Source of the DNA: Candidatus Buchananbacteria bacterium
GTDB taxonomy: Bacteria; Patescibacteriota; Patescibacteriia; 2-01-FULL-39-33
Reading direction: 5' to 3'
Assembly: GCA_903888345.1 (NCBI GenBank)
Contig: CAISTG010000007.1
Coordinates: 1,075 to 65,074 of the forward strand
DNA length: 64,000 nt
Shown here piece by piece: positions 57,601 to 64,000 of the stretch (position 1 is its first letter; every line of letters begins with the position of its first letter). Both the position numbers and the translations under genes were made by a program. The notes below the pieces were generated by a model, which was not told the origin of the DNA, made no database searches, and saw only the letters and a list, made by a program, of their open reading frames with translations.

Positions 57601-60600
57601 GGGATTTATTATGGTGCTACTTCTGACGTGACTATCTCGGGCAATTACACTCAGGCTGCTGGCGGATATTTCAACGCCGGGCCGTCACTTATCACAGTCA
57701 ATGGTAATGGAAATTTCACGGCTGATGGCACGGGAACTAAGCAGACTCAATTCAATAATGCGAGTTTAGTTTTGAATGGGGTGAATACGTTAGCATATAA
57801 TAATTTGGCAGCGTTTAGCACTAATGGATTTAACAATTTAACCGTTGGGCAAGGCGGTAGTACTACAACTTTATCTAACCATATCAGCGTTAGGTCTGGC
57901 TTAACAATTGGTTCCGGCACATTGAGTGGAAGTAGTTATGTTATATATATGGCGCAATTCTTGGGCGCTCTCAGTTTTGATGCTAATTCCCATCTTAGTA
58001 TTTCAAGTTTGAACTTTAGAGGTAATATCTCATTACCCACCCTCGTTAATGGCTATTGTTCTATTAATGTGGAGGAAAATGGTACGATAATAACCCAAAC
58101 GGGTAGCATTATTATCAGTTCTAACTTGATTATGGGTCAAACTGCAGGGTATGTCAGTACGTGGAATACCGACGGTTACAACTTATCAGTAGGCGGTAAT
58201 CTCCAAATAGGTAATGGTTCTGATTCCGGTCTCAAAACTCTTAACGCTAATGGCTCGGGAGGACGTACATCCACCATTACCGTTGGTGGTAACTGGCTCA
58301 ACTATGGCAATGGTACAGCACCATCGCAATTTATGGCAGCAAGTTCGACAGTTATCTTCAACAAAACTTCTGGCACGCAGACATTAAACGCTGGCGCTAA
58401 TTATGCTTCATCAACTTTTTACAACTTAACTCATTCTGGATCCAGCACTTTACAGTTGTTAGTTAATCCTTTGACGATTACCAATAACTTCACCAACTCC
58501 GCCGGTACTTTTGATGCTAACGGTTTCAATATCAATGTCGGTGGTGGTTGGAATAATACTGCGACCTATTTACACGGCACTAGCACCGTAACACTTTTTG
58601 GCTTGTCTCAAGCGATTATGGGCACCACGACTTTCTATAACCTAGTCAAAACCGTCACAACTGCAGCGACGCTGACCTTTGAAGCCGCCAAGACTCAAGT
58701 AATTGCTGGTGCTCTAACCTTGCAAGGCGTTGCCAATCAATTATTAACTTTAGTTTCCTCTATACCTGGCACCTCGTGGTTCATTAATCCACTGGGTTCG
58801 GTTGTTTTGAGTTATTTAAATATCTCTGACGCCATTAATAGCTCAGCCAGTCCGATTATCGCGACCTTTTCAAAAAACTTAAGTAACAATTCCAATATCA
58901 CTTTCTCCGCTACGACCGTCACTTGGACGGGAGCCTCAAGCACTGACTGGAATAATGCCAGCAACTGGGACGTTGGATATGTGCCTAATATGACTGACAA
59001 TGTGGTAATTGCTAGCACGACTAATCAACCTGTGCTCTCCACTTCGACCTCTGTTAATAATATTACAGTCAATTCTGGTGCGATTCTCGCTATTGGTACT
59101 AATAACATGATAGTGACCGGAAATTCCATCATCAATGGCACCACCACCATCGGCATTTCCGCGGGCACTGGTTGGACAACGACTAATTTGACGATTGGAG
59201 CAGGTGGTACGGCTTCGTCTACGGCCAATGGCACGATTTATTATAATCAAGTTACGGTGAGCGGGACTTTGTCACCGGATGCAAGCGGTACGTATACGGT
59301 GGCGGGGATGTATGCAGGAAAGCCATATTATAGACGAGGGACTGACAATTATTATATTTATTATAATATGACGGGGTCGGGATTTGATTATTATCGTATT
59401 GGAACCACGTTGGGTTCTACATACCCAGTTTGGAATTTTGTTGTTACTGAAAGTCTATTTAATCTTCCTAGCTCGTCATACTTTAATAATGGAACCACAG
59501 GCACCGCCACAGTCGCCAACGTCACCGCCTCGGGTGAATACACTAGATTAGATAATTCCAAAATCACCATCGCTGGCAACTTCGACCAGTCAGCGACATC
59601 ATCCAAATTCCTCGCCGCTTCATCTTTGATCACTCAAAATGGCAACGGCACATTCACGGCTGATGGCACATTGAATTCGACACAATATAACGGGGCGAGC
59701 TTGGTTTTAAATGGTGTAAACACTCTGGCTTATAATCATATATATGCCGGAACATCAAATGGATTCAATAACCTAACTGTAGGCCAAAACACTAATACTA
59801 CGACATTTGTTTCTGACTCCAACTTCGCCATCTTAAATACTCTTACTGTTGGCACGGGCACATTCTACAGTGTTACTAATTCTCATTTTTATCTATATGG
59901 AGCTATTCCATTAAGCGTTGATGCAGCATCCCATATTTCTATTGCTGCACCAAATAAGCTTTACTTTTATGCCTCAAATGTAACAATTCCGGCCCTTACA
60001 AATAATGGTTATGATTGCAGTATTGCTATTAGGGGGACAAATACTACAATTACACAAACAGGAAATGTAGTTATTAATGGTTCTAATACATTAACTATTG
60101 GTTTAGCGGTGGCTGGCTCCATTGATACCTGGCTAACCAACGGTTACAACTTAACTGTCGGAGGAAATCTTCAAATAGGATGGGGTTCCGACACTGGTCG
60201 CAAAACCCTTGATGCTACTGGTTCAGGCGGACGCAATTCCACTATCACCGTCGGAGGTAACTGGCTCAACTATGGCAATAGCGCTGACCCTGCTAATTCT
60301 TCACGATTTATTTCCGCAAGTTCAACTGTTATTTTAACTAGTACCAGTTCAGGAGCGACAATCACTTCAGGTTCTTCAACGTCCGCTTTTTATAATCTCA
60401 CTATCAACGGCACGGGCGGGACTTACACTTTGCAAGACAATGCTAGTGTTGCTGGAGCTTTGAATGTGACAGCTGGCACCTTGGCTATTGGCGTTAACAA
60501 TTTAGCGGTCACGGGTATTTCAACTATCAACAGCGCCTTAACGCTCGGCAACTCATCTAGCACTGGCTGGACAACAGGGGACTTGAATCTTGGCGCCACC

Positions 60601-63600
60601 GGCATAATCACCTCCAACGCCACGACTTATTACAATCAAGTGACGGTGAGTGGGACTTTGAGTCCTGATGTGACGGGGATATATACTGTGGCGGGGGTTT
60701 ATGGTGGGAAGCCTTATTATAGGCGGGGAACCGATAATTATTATATTTATTATAATTCAGGATCAAATTATTGGGATATATCAATTAGTGTTAATGATGG
60801 AACTCGTCGATGGACACAAGTTTCTGGTATTTTTGCCGCAAATTATGAACCTATAAATAGTGCCTCAGGCACCGCCACCGTCGCGAACGTCACAGCAAGC
60901 GGACTTTATTATGGTGCGACTTCTGACGTGACGATCTCGGGCAATTACACTCAAACCGCTGGCGGATATTTCAACGCCGGTCCGTCTTTGATTACGCAAA
61001 ATGGCAACGGAAATTTCATCGCTGATGGCAACAACGACGCCACCAAATCAGCTCAATTTAATAATGCGAGTTTAGTTTTGAATGGAATGAACACGCTGAC
61101 TTATGGACATAATTTTTCTGTAGTTGGTGATGGATTTAATAATCTTACTACAGGACAAAACGCGAATACGACAACTCTCGCCAGTTCATTCACGGTTAAA
61201 AACACTCTAACCGTTGGGACGGGGACAGTTACTGGTTCGTCAATATTAAATTTACTCGGAGCAACACCCCTTAATGTCGTAGCTAGCAGCTCTATCATAT
61301 CCGTAACGACTCTAAACTTTTATACTGGTGTTACTCTGACTCAGACGATACCGAATATCACTAATGGTTATAACTGTAATATCCAAGCGACGGGCTATGG
61401 ACAAACAATAAATCAATTAGGTGATATTAAAATTAACGGATCAAATTATTTTTATATCGGAACCTTTGTTGATGCTGGTAATTCTGTAGCATGGTTAACT
61501 AATGGGTATAATTTGACGGTGGGCGGCAATGTAAGGATTGGCCTAAATAATGACTCTGCTCTCAAAAAACTTGACGCTACCAATTATACCAACCCCACTT
61601 CGACTGCTAGCTCTACCATTGTCGTCGGTGGCAACTGGACTAATTATGGAACTGGTTCCGCCCCATCACAGTTCACTGCCGCCAGCTCCACGGTCATTTT
61701 CAACAAAACCTCTGGCACACAAACCTTAGCCGCTGGCGGTAATTACGCTTCGTCCACTTTCTTCAATCTGACTCATTCCGGTTCTAGTACTCTGCAATTA
61801 ATCACTAACCCTTTAACGGTCACTAATAACTTTGTTAATTCTGCCGGAACTTTTGATGCCAATGGGTTTAACATTTACGTTGGTGGCAATTGGAATAATA
61901 CTGCGACCTACTTGCACGGCACCAGCACTGTCACTCTTTTTGGCTTGTCTCAAGCGATCATGGGCACCACGACTTTCTATAATTTAGTCAAAACCGTTAC
62001 CACCGCTGCGACCCTAACTTTTGAGGCCACCAAAACTCAGGTGATTGCTGGTGCTCTGACTTTGCAAGGCGTTGCCAATCAATTATTAACTTTAGTTTCT
62101 TCAATTCCTGGCACCTCGTGGTTCATTAATCCATTGGGTTCAGCCGTGCTTAATTTCTTAAACATTACTGATGCGGTTAACAGCTCTGTTGGTGCAATTA
62201 TTGCCACTAACTCCAAAAACTCAAGCAACAATTCTAACATAACGTTCCCAGCCGCGACCGTCACTTGGACTGGTGCTTTGAGCACTGACTGGAACACGGC
62301 AGGCAACTGGGATGTTGGTTATGTGCCTAACGCTACTGACAACGTCGTGATCGCTAGCACCACTAATCAACCAGTTCTTACTACTACAACTTCAGCGAAC
62401 ACTCTTACTATTAATGCTGGAGCAACTTTAATAGTCGGAACAACCAGTTTGGCAATAGCTGGAACTTCAACCATTAACGGCACACTGACGATTGGTACTT
62501 CAGCTGGTGCGGGTTGGACAACTGGGGATTTGATCCTTGGTGCCAGCAGTACTATTACTTCGAATGCTACGACTTATTATAACCAGGTGACGGTGAGTGG
62601 GACTTTGAGTCCGGATGTGACGGGGACTTATGTCGTGGCAGGAGTATATAATGGGAAACCATATTGGAAGCATAATTCTTTGAATTGGTGGGTATGGGCC
62701 AATCCGCTAGGAGATTATAGAATTACCGATGGTCTCGGACAACAGAATACTTATCGATGGAATGCCGCTGGTGGCCCAATAACAAATTATAATCCTGTAA
62801 ACCCAACAACCGGCACCGCCACCGTCGCCAACGTCACAGCTAGCGGAATTTATTATGGTGTGACCTCAAAGGTAACGCTCTCAGGAAATTACACTCAAAC
62901 CGCTGGCGGATATTTCAACGCTGGTCCATCACTTATTACCGTCAACGGCAATGGTAATTTCACGGCCGATGGCTCGGGTAACTCTGGAGCTTATTCTACT
63001 CAATTTAATAACGCGAGTTTGGTTTTAAATGGAGTAAATACGCTGACATATAATAATATATCTAGTTACTGGGGAAATGGGTATCATAATTTGACTGTTG
63101 GACAAGGAGGTAGCACCACCACAATTGCTAGTAGTTTTAATATTCGAAATATTTTAACCATTGGATCTGGTAGCTTAACTGGTAATAAAACTTTGTTCTT
63201 AACGGGCTTAAACCCACTTAGTTTTGACGTCAATTCTAGATTATCTATAACAACCTTAGAGTTTTTTGCAGTTGGACAAACAATCCCAACTCTTGTAAAT
63301 GGTTATGATTGTAACATGGAGATTTCTACAACAAATGCCTCTGTTACTCAGACCGGAAATGTAACTTTTAATAATGCTCATTACTGGGACATTGGAGCAG
63401 GTGATAATGGTAATGCTGGACATACTATTACTTGGAATACTAATGGCTATGATCTAACAGTAGGCGGTACTCTTTCAATCGGCGCGGGCTCTGACACGGG
63501 GGTCAAAAAACTTGACGCCACTGGCTCAGGCGGACGCAACTCTACCATCACTGTCGGCGGTAACTGGCTCAATTATGGCAATGGCACTGCTTCTTCAACT

Positions 63601-64000
63601 TTCGTTGCCGCAAGCTCCACAGTAATTTTCAACGCTACTACAGCTCGTACCATTACCAACGGCTCAACCACTTCACCTTTTTATAATCTTACTATCAATG
63701 GGGCAGGAGGCACATTTACTTTAACTGACAATGCCAGTGTGGCCGGAAATTTAAATGTTGCTACGGGGACTCTAGCGGTTGGAGCGAATAACTTAGCCGT
63801 CACTGGCTCGTCAACGATTAATGGAACTCTGACTTTGAGTAATTCGGCCAACACTGGCTGGACAACAGGGGATTTGAATCTTGGTGCCAGCGGGACAATC
63901 ACTTCCAACGCCACGACTTATTATAATCAAGTGACGGTGAGTGGGACGCTTAGTCCGGATGTGAGTGGGACTTATACTGTGGCGGGGGTTTATGGTGGGA
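45610..64000 (+). CDS. giant surface protein 3 (more than 6130 aa, 3' partial): N-terminal TM anchor, DUF2341-like plus LamG domain, then tandem beta-helix / autotransporter-passenger-like repeats
   Basis: Frame is open from ATG 45610 to the window end. TM AVFLIKLTVILVAFFSAAGILI. WNYRKSLTVNH...DIRFTASDG...VAWVKVP...IYVYYGN (DUF2341-like). VWHLAGATNS...GALSFNGSTSYVDIA...WHKVGFSY...LFVDGV (LamG). Repeats with TWTGASSTDWNTAGNWDxGYVPNxTDNVVI. Confidence 0.85.
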   Translation, partial: MIEFKKKVLKHLQSERLRVLALQAKKFAQAKKAHAVFLIKLTVILVAFFSAAGILIPQYKIDESLVIKNPAIKQTTAIVAGGKPIKYSVLVRRTEISDGSYLLKLPKTANNIEVATATTKQIKTLLSAPEQITPLKQRELLAKQHPNLQSGLIINTYQALAVPLKSMVTDLSCRLTLRPRDAVVVNLAQEINLTSVRQTRLSNHLSPSLLAIFVSPELSWSRYLNELIGNFIKVAAAQTVEEIPTAASESPTIGSDPLQNLIDSLTAEPSDVVPPIKVPEVVAPIVASVSSTLPEVKVEPIDIDVATNGLPVVPTVVTSSHSGLEPESEPTSSTTQMEIPDQVRNDNSGLPESAPASSTEFVKIDFETPAPIITEQNTDSGKLVTISDPNENPETPMVDVLASTKIPPIYKVGQEAKIHIKWKNNGDQNMSFQAYDSDADGYLDYVEWTVPHLSEQVFEIIFISKAFQLDNDKNIIADIYSQTSAKDGNYASVADGQYVRATFDYELNSANDITIYAKASTTNNHGSIAVYPVYTDADGNQTEGPKLETVYDGNNPDFKNIDRDGKYRILLTNLDKPTDVFDLKISGDVDIDFIVDPVSWLTGWNYRKSLTVNHLYVGGGNGSAGGSEDETNFPVEISLTGLSNVNASGTDIRFTASDGVTPLAREIESYSTTTGTLVAWVKVPTVSYTVDTMIYVYYGNSSATEPAANSTYGAQNVWTNGFAGVWHLAGATNSSDLDSTSNNSTGTPLGATKPTQTTGQINGALSFNGSTSYVDIAEPGSSLNFSSTNNFSYSAWVKTTQSSTRSEIVGDFNNNPATNMEVATVANSSNIDGAFRVYLADGTSNIKDYRTNISIADGAWHKVGFSYASTSQVLTLFVDGVAQSNPQKVYDAALSGNLYNASTIKIGEDNRPVTFFFNGLIDELGISSVARSAGWIKTEYNNQNAPSSFYATGAEEALVTPASNFTWTNGSGDGKWSTAGNWQGGVVPGPSDTATFSGSATGNCSIDVDASVTGLNIASGYTGIVTMNANLAISGNLTVSAGTLAVGIYNLAVTGNSTVTNGTTTIGVSSSTGWTTTNLTIGAGGTASSTAPGTIYYNQVTVSGTLSPDVTGTYTVAGMSNGMPYYSKLINGTTWYLQYSPKNNALVFYLASALDPDNMGATSPNRWFMSFSGTPYSNSFAGAYSAGSGGATGIPTVANVTASGEYTRLNNSKITISGNFDQSSISSKFLSASSLITVNGNGSFTADGTVNGTQYNSVSLVLNGVNNLRYNNNAIVNNGFNNLIAGQGGSTTTIATDIGISNTLTIGSGSIAGSAYNFWLTGANPLSFDTSSRLAVGSILFRGTTQIIPTLINGYDSTIQVSQGGTTVTQTGNIVINGVNNIYLDNIARPAGIITWNTAGYNLSVGGNIKIGAGSDSALKKLDANGSGGRNSIITVGGNWLNYGTATGCSGTCVPSQFIAASSTVVFNATSTTRTITNGSTTSPFYNLTINGTSSTFTLTDNARVSGDLTVTNSTLAIGTNDLLVTGNSIITNGTTSIGASANTGWTTNNLTLGANGIASSTAGGTVYYNQVTVSGTLSPNAAGVYTVAGMYNGAPYYTNGTYYIWWRTTGNWRLSDGLGVISGVCWYLYTSSNINIITGSFAVYNANETGEATVSNVTASGEYTRLDNSKITVNGIFDQSNTNSKFLAASSLITINGNGSFTADGTLNSLQYNGASVTLNGSSTLSYNNLANNFGNGFNNLTTGQSGGTTTLSSVGLTVKNQLSVGSGTFNGPGYVFLAGSAPLNFNVSSHLAISSLYFLTTYVTTTIPTLTNGYDCDIIAIGNPNVIIQTGDVTLNNSKFLGINGNNNDFPTTWKTDGYNLTVGGNIQIGTFNNNVNLQKLDATHNGARTSTITVGGNWLNYGTATINGRFVADNSTVILTSTSSSAKITSGSSTSPFYNLTINGAGGTYTLQDALAVAHNLTLTNGTLDTKLNSNYPVTIGSADPINGDFSQTTTAKFLARSSVITLNGNGNFTADGTIDGTQFNGVSLTLNGINTLTYNNLAAPFAYGFNNLTVGQGGSTTTLASHLAAINTLTIGSGTLSGTTRTLFVLGANPLNFDVSSRLAVGQLEFIGANQTIPALVNGYDSSIYLVHTSGTVTQTGNVIINSPNTLTIGLTSAQPERKDTWNTSGYNLTVGGNLQIGVGNDSGLKTLDATGAGGRTSTITISGNWLNYGNGTASSTFISANSTVIFNSTTTGKTITSGAINSAFYNVNFAGVGGAYTLQDNFSVLGDLNVVAGVLNAGTYNLAVTGNSTVSNATTTIGISAGTGWTTNNLTIGANGTASSTANGTIYYNQVIVSGTLNPDATGTYTVAGMYGGKPYYRRGSDSWYLSWRFNSVWDITPQSPEQGAVTAWRRTGDPLVGNYYPVGSIPPTGTATVANVTASGEYARLDNSKITIAGNFDQSNISSKFLAASSLITVNGNGNFSADGTLDSTQYNNSILVLNGTNTLAYVSLANTNANGFNKLVVGQNGNTTEAPGLQVAIQNLTVGSGTLHGSSAYFNLLGPNPLTFDTDNSSFNIYGLQFFGTNQTIPALTKGYNCHVFIPNSSSIVTQTGNVNILSPRSLFLGGYAGITGTGPSRSQSWKTDGYNLTVGGSIQIGNGSDTGLKTLNAFSGATSTRNSTITVGGNWLNYGNGSAPSQFIAGSSTVVMAGTSASGTIISGTTTSPFYNLTINGVGGTYTSQDKTSVSGTLTVTAGTLAIGTNDLAVTGASTINGALTLGNSSSTGWTTGDLNLGASGTITSNATTYYNQVTVSGTLSPDASGTYTVSGTANGYPRYVKGAMSIINTGTGLWRIYTDATNFYYYKISAEMAGAYTNFNGSTGVATVANVTASGIYYGVTSDVTISGNYTQTAGGYFNAGPSLITQNGNGNFTADGNNDNTKSAQFNNASLVLNGNNTLTYNNNSNYGYYGFNNLTVGQGGSTTTIASHFTVKNILTIGSGTLTGNYWVYLFGANPLSVDTANSAISIGFLAYNGTSQTIPALTKGYGCSIEVDSGNDVITQTGAVVLNGTGLLNVTSNPAGIATWKTDGYNLTVGGRIQIGVGSDTGLKKLDATGSGGRNSTITVGGNWLNYGNSADPANSSRFIAASSTVIFNKISGTQTLNAGANYSSSTFYNLTHSGAGILRIITNPITITNNFTNSAGTFDANGQVVNVGGNWNNTATYLHGTSTVNLIGSVAQAIMGTTTFYNLVKTVTTAATLTFEAAKTQVIAGTLTLQGAANQLLTLVSSVPGTAWFINPLGSVVMSFLNISDAINSSASPIVATFSKNLSNNPNITFSATTVTWTGASSTDWNTAGNWDTGYVPNTTDNVVISSASNQPILSTSTTVNNLTVNSGAILAIGTNNMTVTGNSIINGTTTIGISAGTGWTTNNLTIGAGGVASSTANGTIYYNQVTVSGTLSPDVADTYTVVGIKNGYPDYASNSQHNGYTYHIWRYTNGNYYITPDYLVFSSDPGHWVNTNGTAAGTYPANSPSVTGSAIVANVNASGEYTRMDNSKITIAGNFDQSNITSKFLAASSLITVNGNGTFIADGTVNSTQYNSASLVLNGNNTLTYGNLTANWANGFNSLTTGQGGATTTLASTATIRSLLTVGSGALTGNASLSLLSPNPLSFNVASILSINLLYFNGGSNQTIPTLVNGYSCNIYDYHNGQSMQQTGDVVLNAGKSLYVGNTATGWIDTWKTDGYNLTVGGNLTIGYGADTGLKKLDATNYSSPGNRTSTITIGGNWFNYGTATGCAGSCTPSSFIAASSTVIFNATSTTRTITSGSSTSAFYNLTINGTSSTFSLVDNLSVAGNLNVTAGTLAIGVNNLAVTGSSTINSTLTLGNSSSTGWTTGDLNLGASGTITSNATTYYNQVTVSGTLSPDTAGTYTVDDVGYPAGYNGQPVYKRNGLVGGVQFWNWLSYNGYRYTTGLLPGVATGNVWQKNPGSMIGTYTAAGTYTGTATVANVTASGIYYGATSDVTISGNYTQAAGGYFNAGPSLITVNGNGNFTADGTGTKQTQFNNASLVLNGVNTLAYNNLAAFSTNGFNNLTVGQGGSTTTLSNHISVRSGLTIGSGTLSGSSYVIYMAQFLGALSFDANSHLSISSLNFRGNISLPTLVNGYCSINVEENGTIITQTGSIIISSNLIMGQTAGYVSTWNTDGYNLSVGGNLQIGNGSDSGLKTLNANGSGGRTSTITVGGNWLNYGNGTAPSQFMAASSTVIFNKTSGTQTLNAGANYASSTFYNLTHSGSSTLQLLVNPLTITNNFTNSAGTFDANGFNINVGGGWNNTATYLHGTSTVTLFGLSQAIMGTTTFYNLVKTVTTAATLTFEAAKTQVIAGALTLQGVANQLLTLVSSIPGTSWFINPLGSVVLSYLNISDAINSSASPIIATFSKNLSNNSNITFSATTVTWTGASSTDWNNASNWDVGYVPNMTDNVVIASTTNQPVLSTSTSVNNITVNSGAILAIGTNNMIVTGNSIINGTTTIGISAGTGWTTTNLTIGAGGTASSTANGTIYYNQVTVSGTLSPDASGTYTVAGMYAGKPYYRRGTDNYYIYYNMTGSGFDYYRIGTTLGSTYPVWNFVVTESLFNLPSSSYFNNGTTGTATVANVTASGEYTRLDNSKITIAGNFDQSATSSKFLAASSLITQNGNGTFTADGTLNSTQYNGASLVLNGVNTLAYNHIYAGTSNGFNNLTVGQNTNTTTFVSDSNFAILNTLTVGTGTFYSVTNSHFYLYGAIPLSVDAASHISIAAPNKLYFYASNVTIPALTNNGYDCSIAIRGTNTTITQTGNVVINGSNTLTIGLAVAGSIDTWLTNGYNLTVGGNLQIGWGSDTGRKTLDATGSGGRNSTITVGGNWLNYGNSADPANSSRFISASSTVILTSTSSGATITSGSSTSAFYNLTINGTGGTYTLQDNASVAGALNVTAGTLAIGVNNLAVTGISTINSALTLGNSSSTGWTTGDLNLGATGIITSNATTYYNQVTVSGTLSPDVTGIYTVAGVYGGKPYYRRGTDNYYIYYNSGSNYWDISISVNDGTRRWTQVSGIFAANYEPINSASGTATVANVTASGLYYGATSDVTISGNYTQTAGGYFNAGPSLITQNGNGNFIADGNNDATKSAQFNNASLVLNGMNTLTYGHNFSVVGDGFNNLTTGQNANTTTLASSFTVKNTLTVGTGTVTGSSILNLLGATPLNVVASSSIISVTTLNFYTGVTLTQTIPNITNGYNCNIQATGYGQTINQLGDIKINGSNYFYIGTFVDAGNSVAWLTNGYNLTVGGNVRIGLNNDSALKKLDATNYTNPTSTASSTIVVGGNWTNYGTGSAPSQFTAASSTVIFNKTSGTQTLAAGGNYASSTFFNLTHSGSSTLQLITNPLTVTNNFVNSAGTFDANGFNIYVGGNWNNTATYLHGTSTVTLFGLSQAIMGTTTFYNLVKTVTTAATLTFEATKTQVIAGALTLQGVANQLLTLVSSIPGTSWFINPLGSAVLNFLNITDAVNSSVGAIIATNSKNSSNNSNITFPAATVTWTGALSTDWNTAGNWDVGYVPNATDNVVIASTTNQPVLTTTTSANTLTINAGATLIVGTTSLAIAGTSTINGTLTIGTSAGAGWTTGDLILGASSTITSNATTYYNQVTVSGTLSPDVTGTYVVAGVYNGKPYWKHNSLNWWVWANPLGDYRITDGLGQQNTYRWNAAGGPITNYNPVNPTTGTATVANVTASGIYYGVTSKVTLSGNYTQTAGGYFNAGPSLITVNGNGNFTADGSGNSGAYSTQFNNASLVLNGVNTLTYNNISSYWGNGYHNLTVGQGGSTTTIASSFNIRNILTIGSGSLTGNKTLFLTGLNPLSFDVNSRLSITTLEFFAVGQTIPTLVNGYDCNMEISTTNASVTQTGNVTFNNAHYWDIGAGDNGNAGHTITWNTNGYDLTVGGTLSIGAGSDTGVKKLDATGSGGRNSTITVGGNWLNYGNGTASSTFVAASSTVIFNATTARTITNGSTTSPFYNLTINGAGGTFTLTDNASVAGNLNVATGTLAVGANNLAVTGSSTINGTLTLSNSANTGWTTGDLNLGASGTITSNATTYYNQVTVSGTLSPDVSGTYTVAGVYGG
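46568..46648 (+). repeat. MITE-like palindromic element inserted in-frame (about 81 nt, 27 codons) in the giant gene
   Basis: gtcattccgggcttgaaccggaatctgagccc...attccggatcaggtccggaatgaca. About 90 % identical to the intergenic copies. Translated as SHSGLEPESEPTSSTTQMEIPDQVRND. Confidence 0.65.
48400..64000 (+). repeat. intragenic tandem repeats: at least 9 units of 1.36 kb (type A) or 1.95 kb (type B) alternating as a ~3.3 kb higher-order repeat
   Basis: The TATVANVTASG anchor motif recurs at about 49192, 50568, 52868, 54223, 56188, 57573, 59511, 60873 and 62821. Type A continues GEYTRLDNSKITIAGNFDQS. Type B continues GIYYGATSDVTISGNYTQTAGGYFNAGP. Confidence 0.8.

Overview
Low-GC (roughly 40 % by eye) bacterial window whose gene content and style fit a Patescibacteria/CPR-like genome; that placement is inference. 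Compact housekeeping genes (lepB, hisS, rpsU, yqeY, ybeY, ftsA-ftsZ, nrdD-nrdG, prfB, comEC in two pieces, ndk, rpmB, M50 protease, rpsL-rpsG-fusA) alternate with an accessory-looking cell-surface inventory. The main things worth a second look are: (1) a tightly spaced operon of two giant surface proteins (1074 aa and 4083 aa) that both begin with the same two-helix pilin-like membrane module, followed by two paralogous bitopic proteins with TSP3-like calcium-binding repeats and then ybeY. (2) A third giant ORF of at least 6130 aa (45610 to the window end) with a DUF2341-LamG head and at least nine tandem beta-helix-like repeats organised as a roughly 3.3 kb higher-order repeat. (3) A family of roughly 80-100 bp MITE-like palindromic elements (termini TGTCATTCCGG / CCGGAATGACA) present as a solo copy after nrdG, as a 2.6-unit tandem array after fusA, and as an in-frame 81-nt insert inside the third giant gene, reminiscent of Rickettsia palindromic elements. 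(4) A class III ribonucleotide reductase nrdD whose glycyl-radical domain sits in a separate 56-aa ORF after two in-frame TAA stops and a local VGYIR duplication. (5) A tandemly duplicated two-gene cassette (small alpha/beta protein plus coiled-coil zinc-ribbon protein, first pair overlapping by ATGA) inserted between rpsG and fusA. (6) prfB with the canonical GGAGG-UUA-CUU-UGA-C +1 frameshift site, which indicates that UGA is a stop in this organism. No rRNA or tRNA genes and no CRISPR array were recognised by eye.
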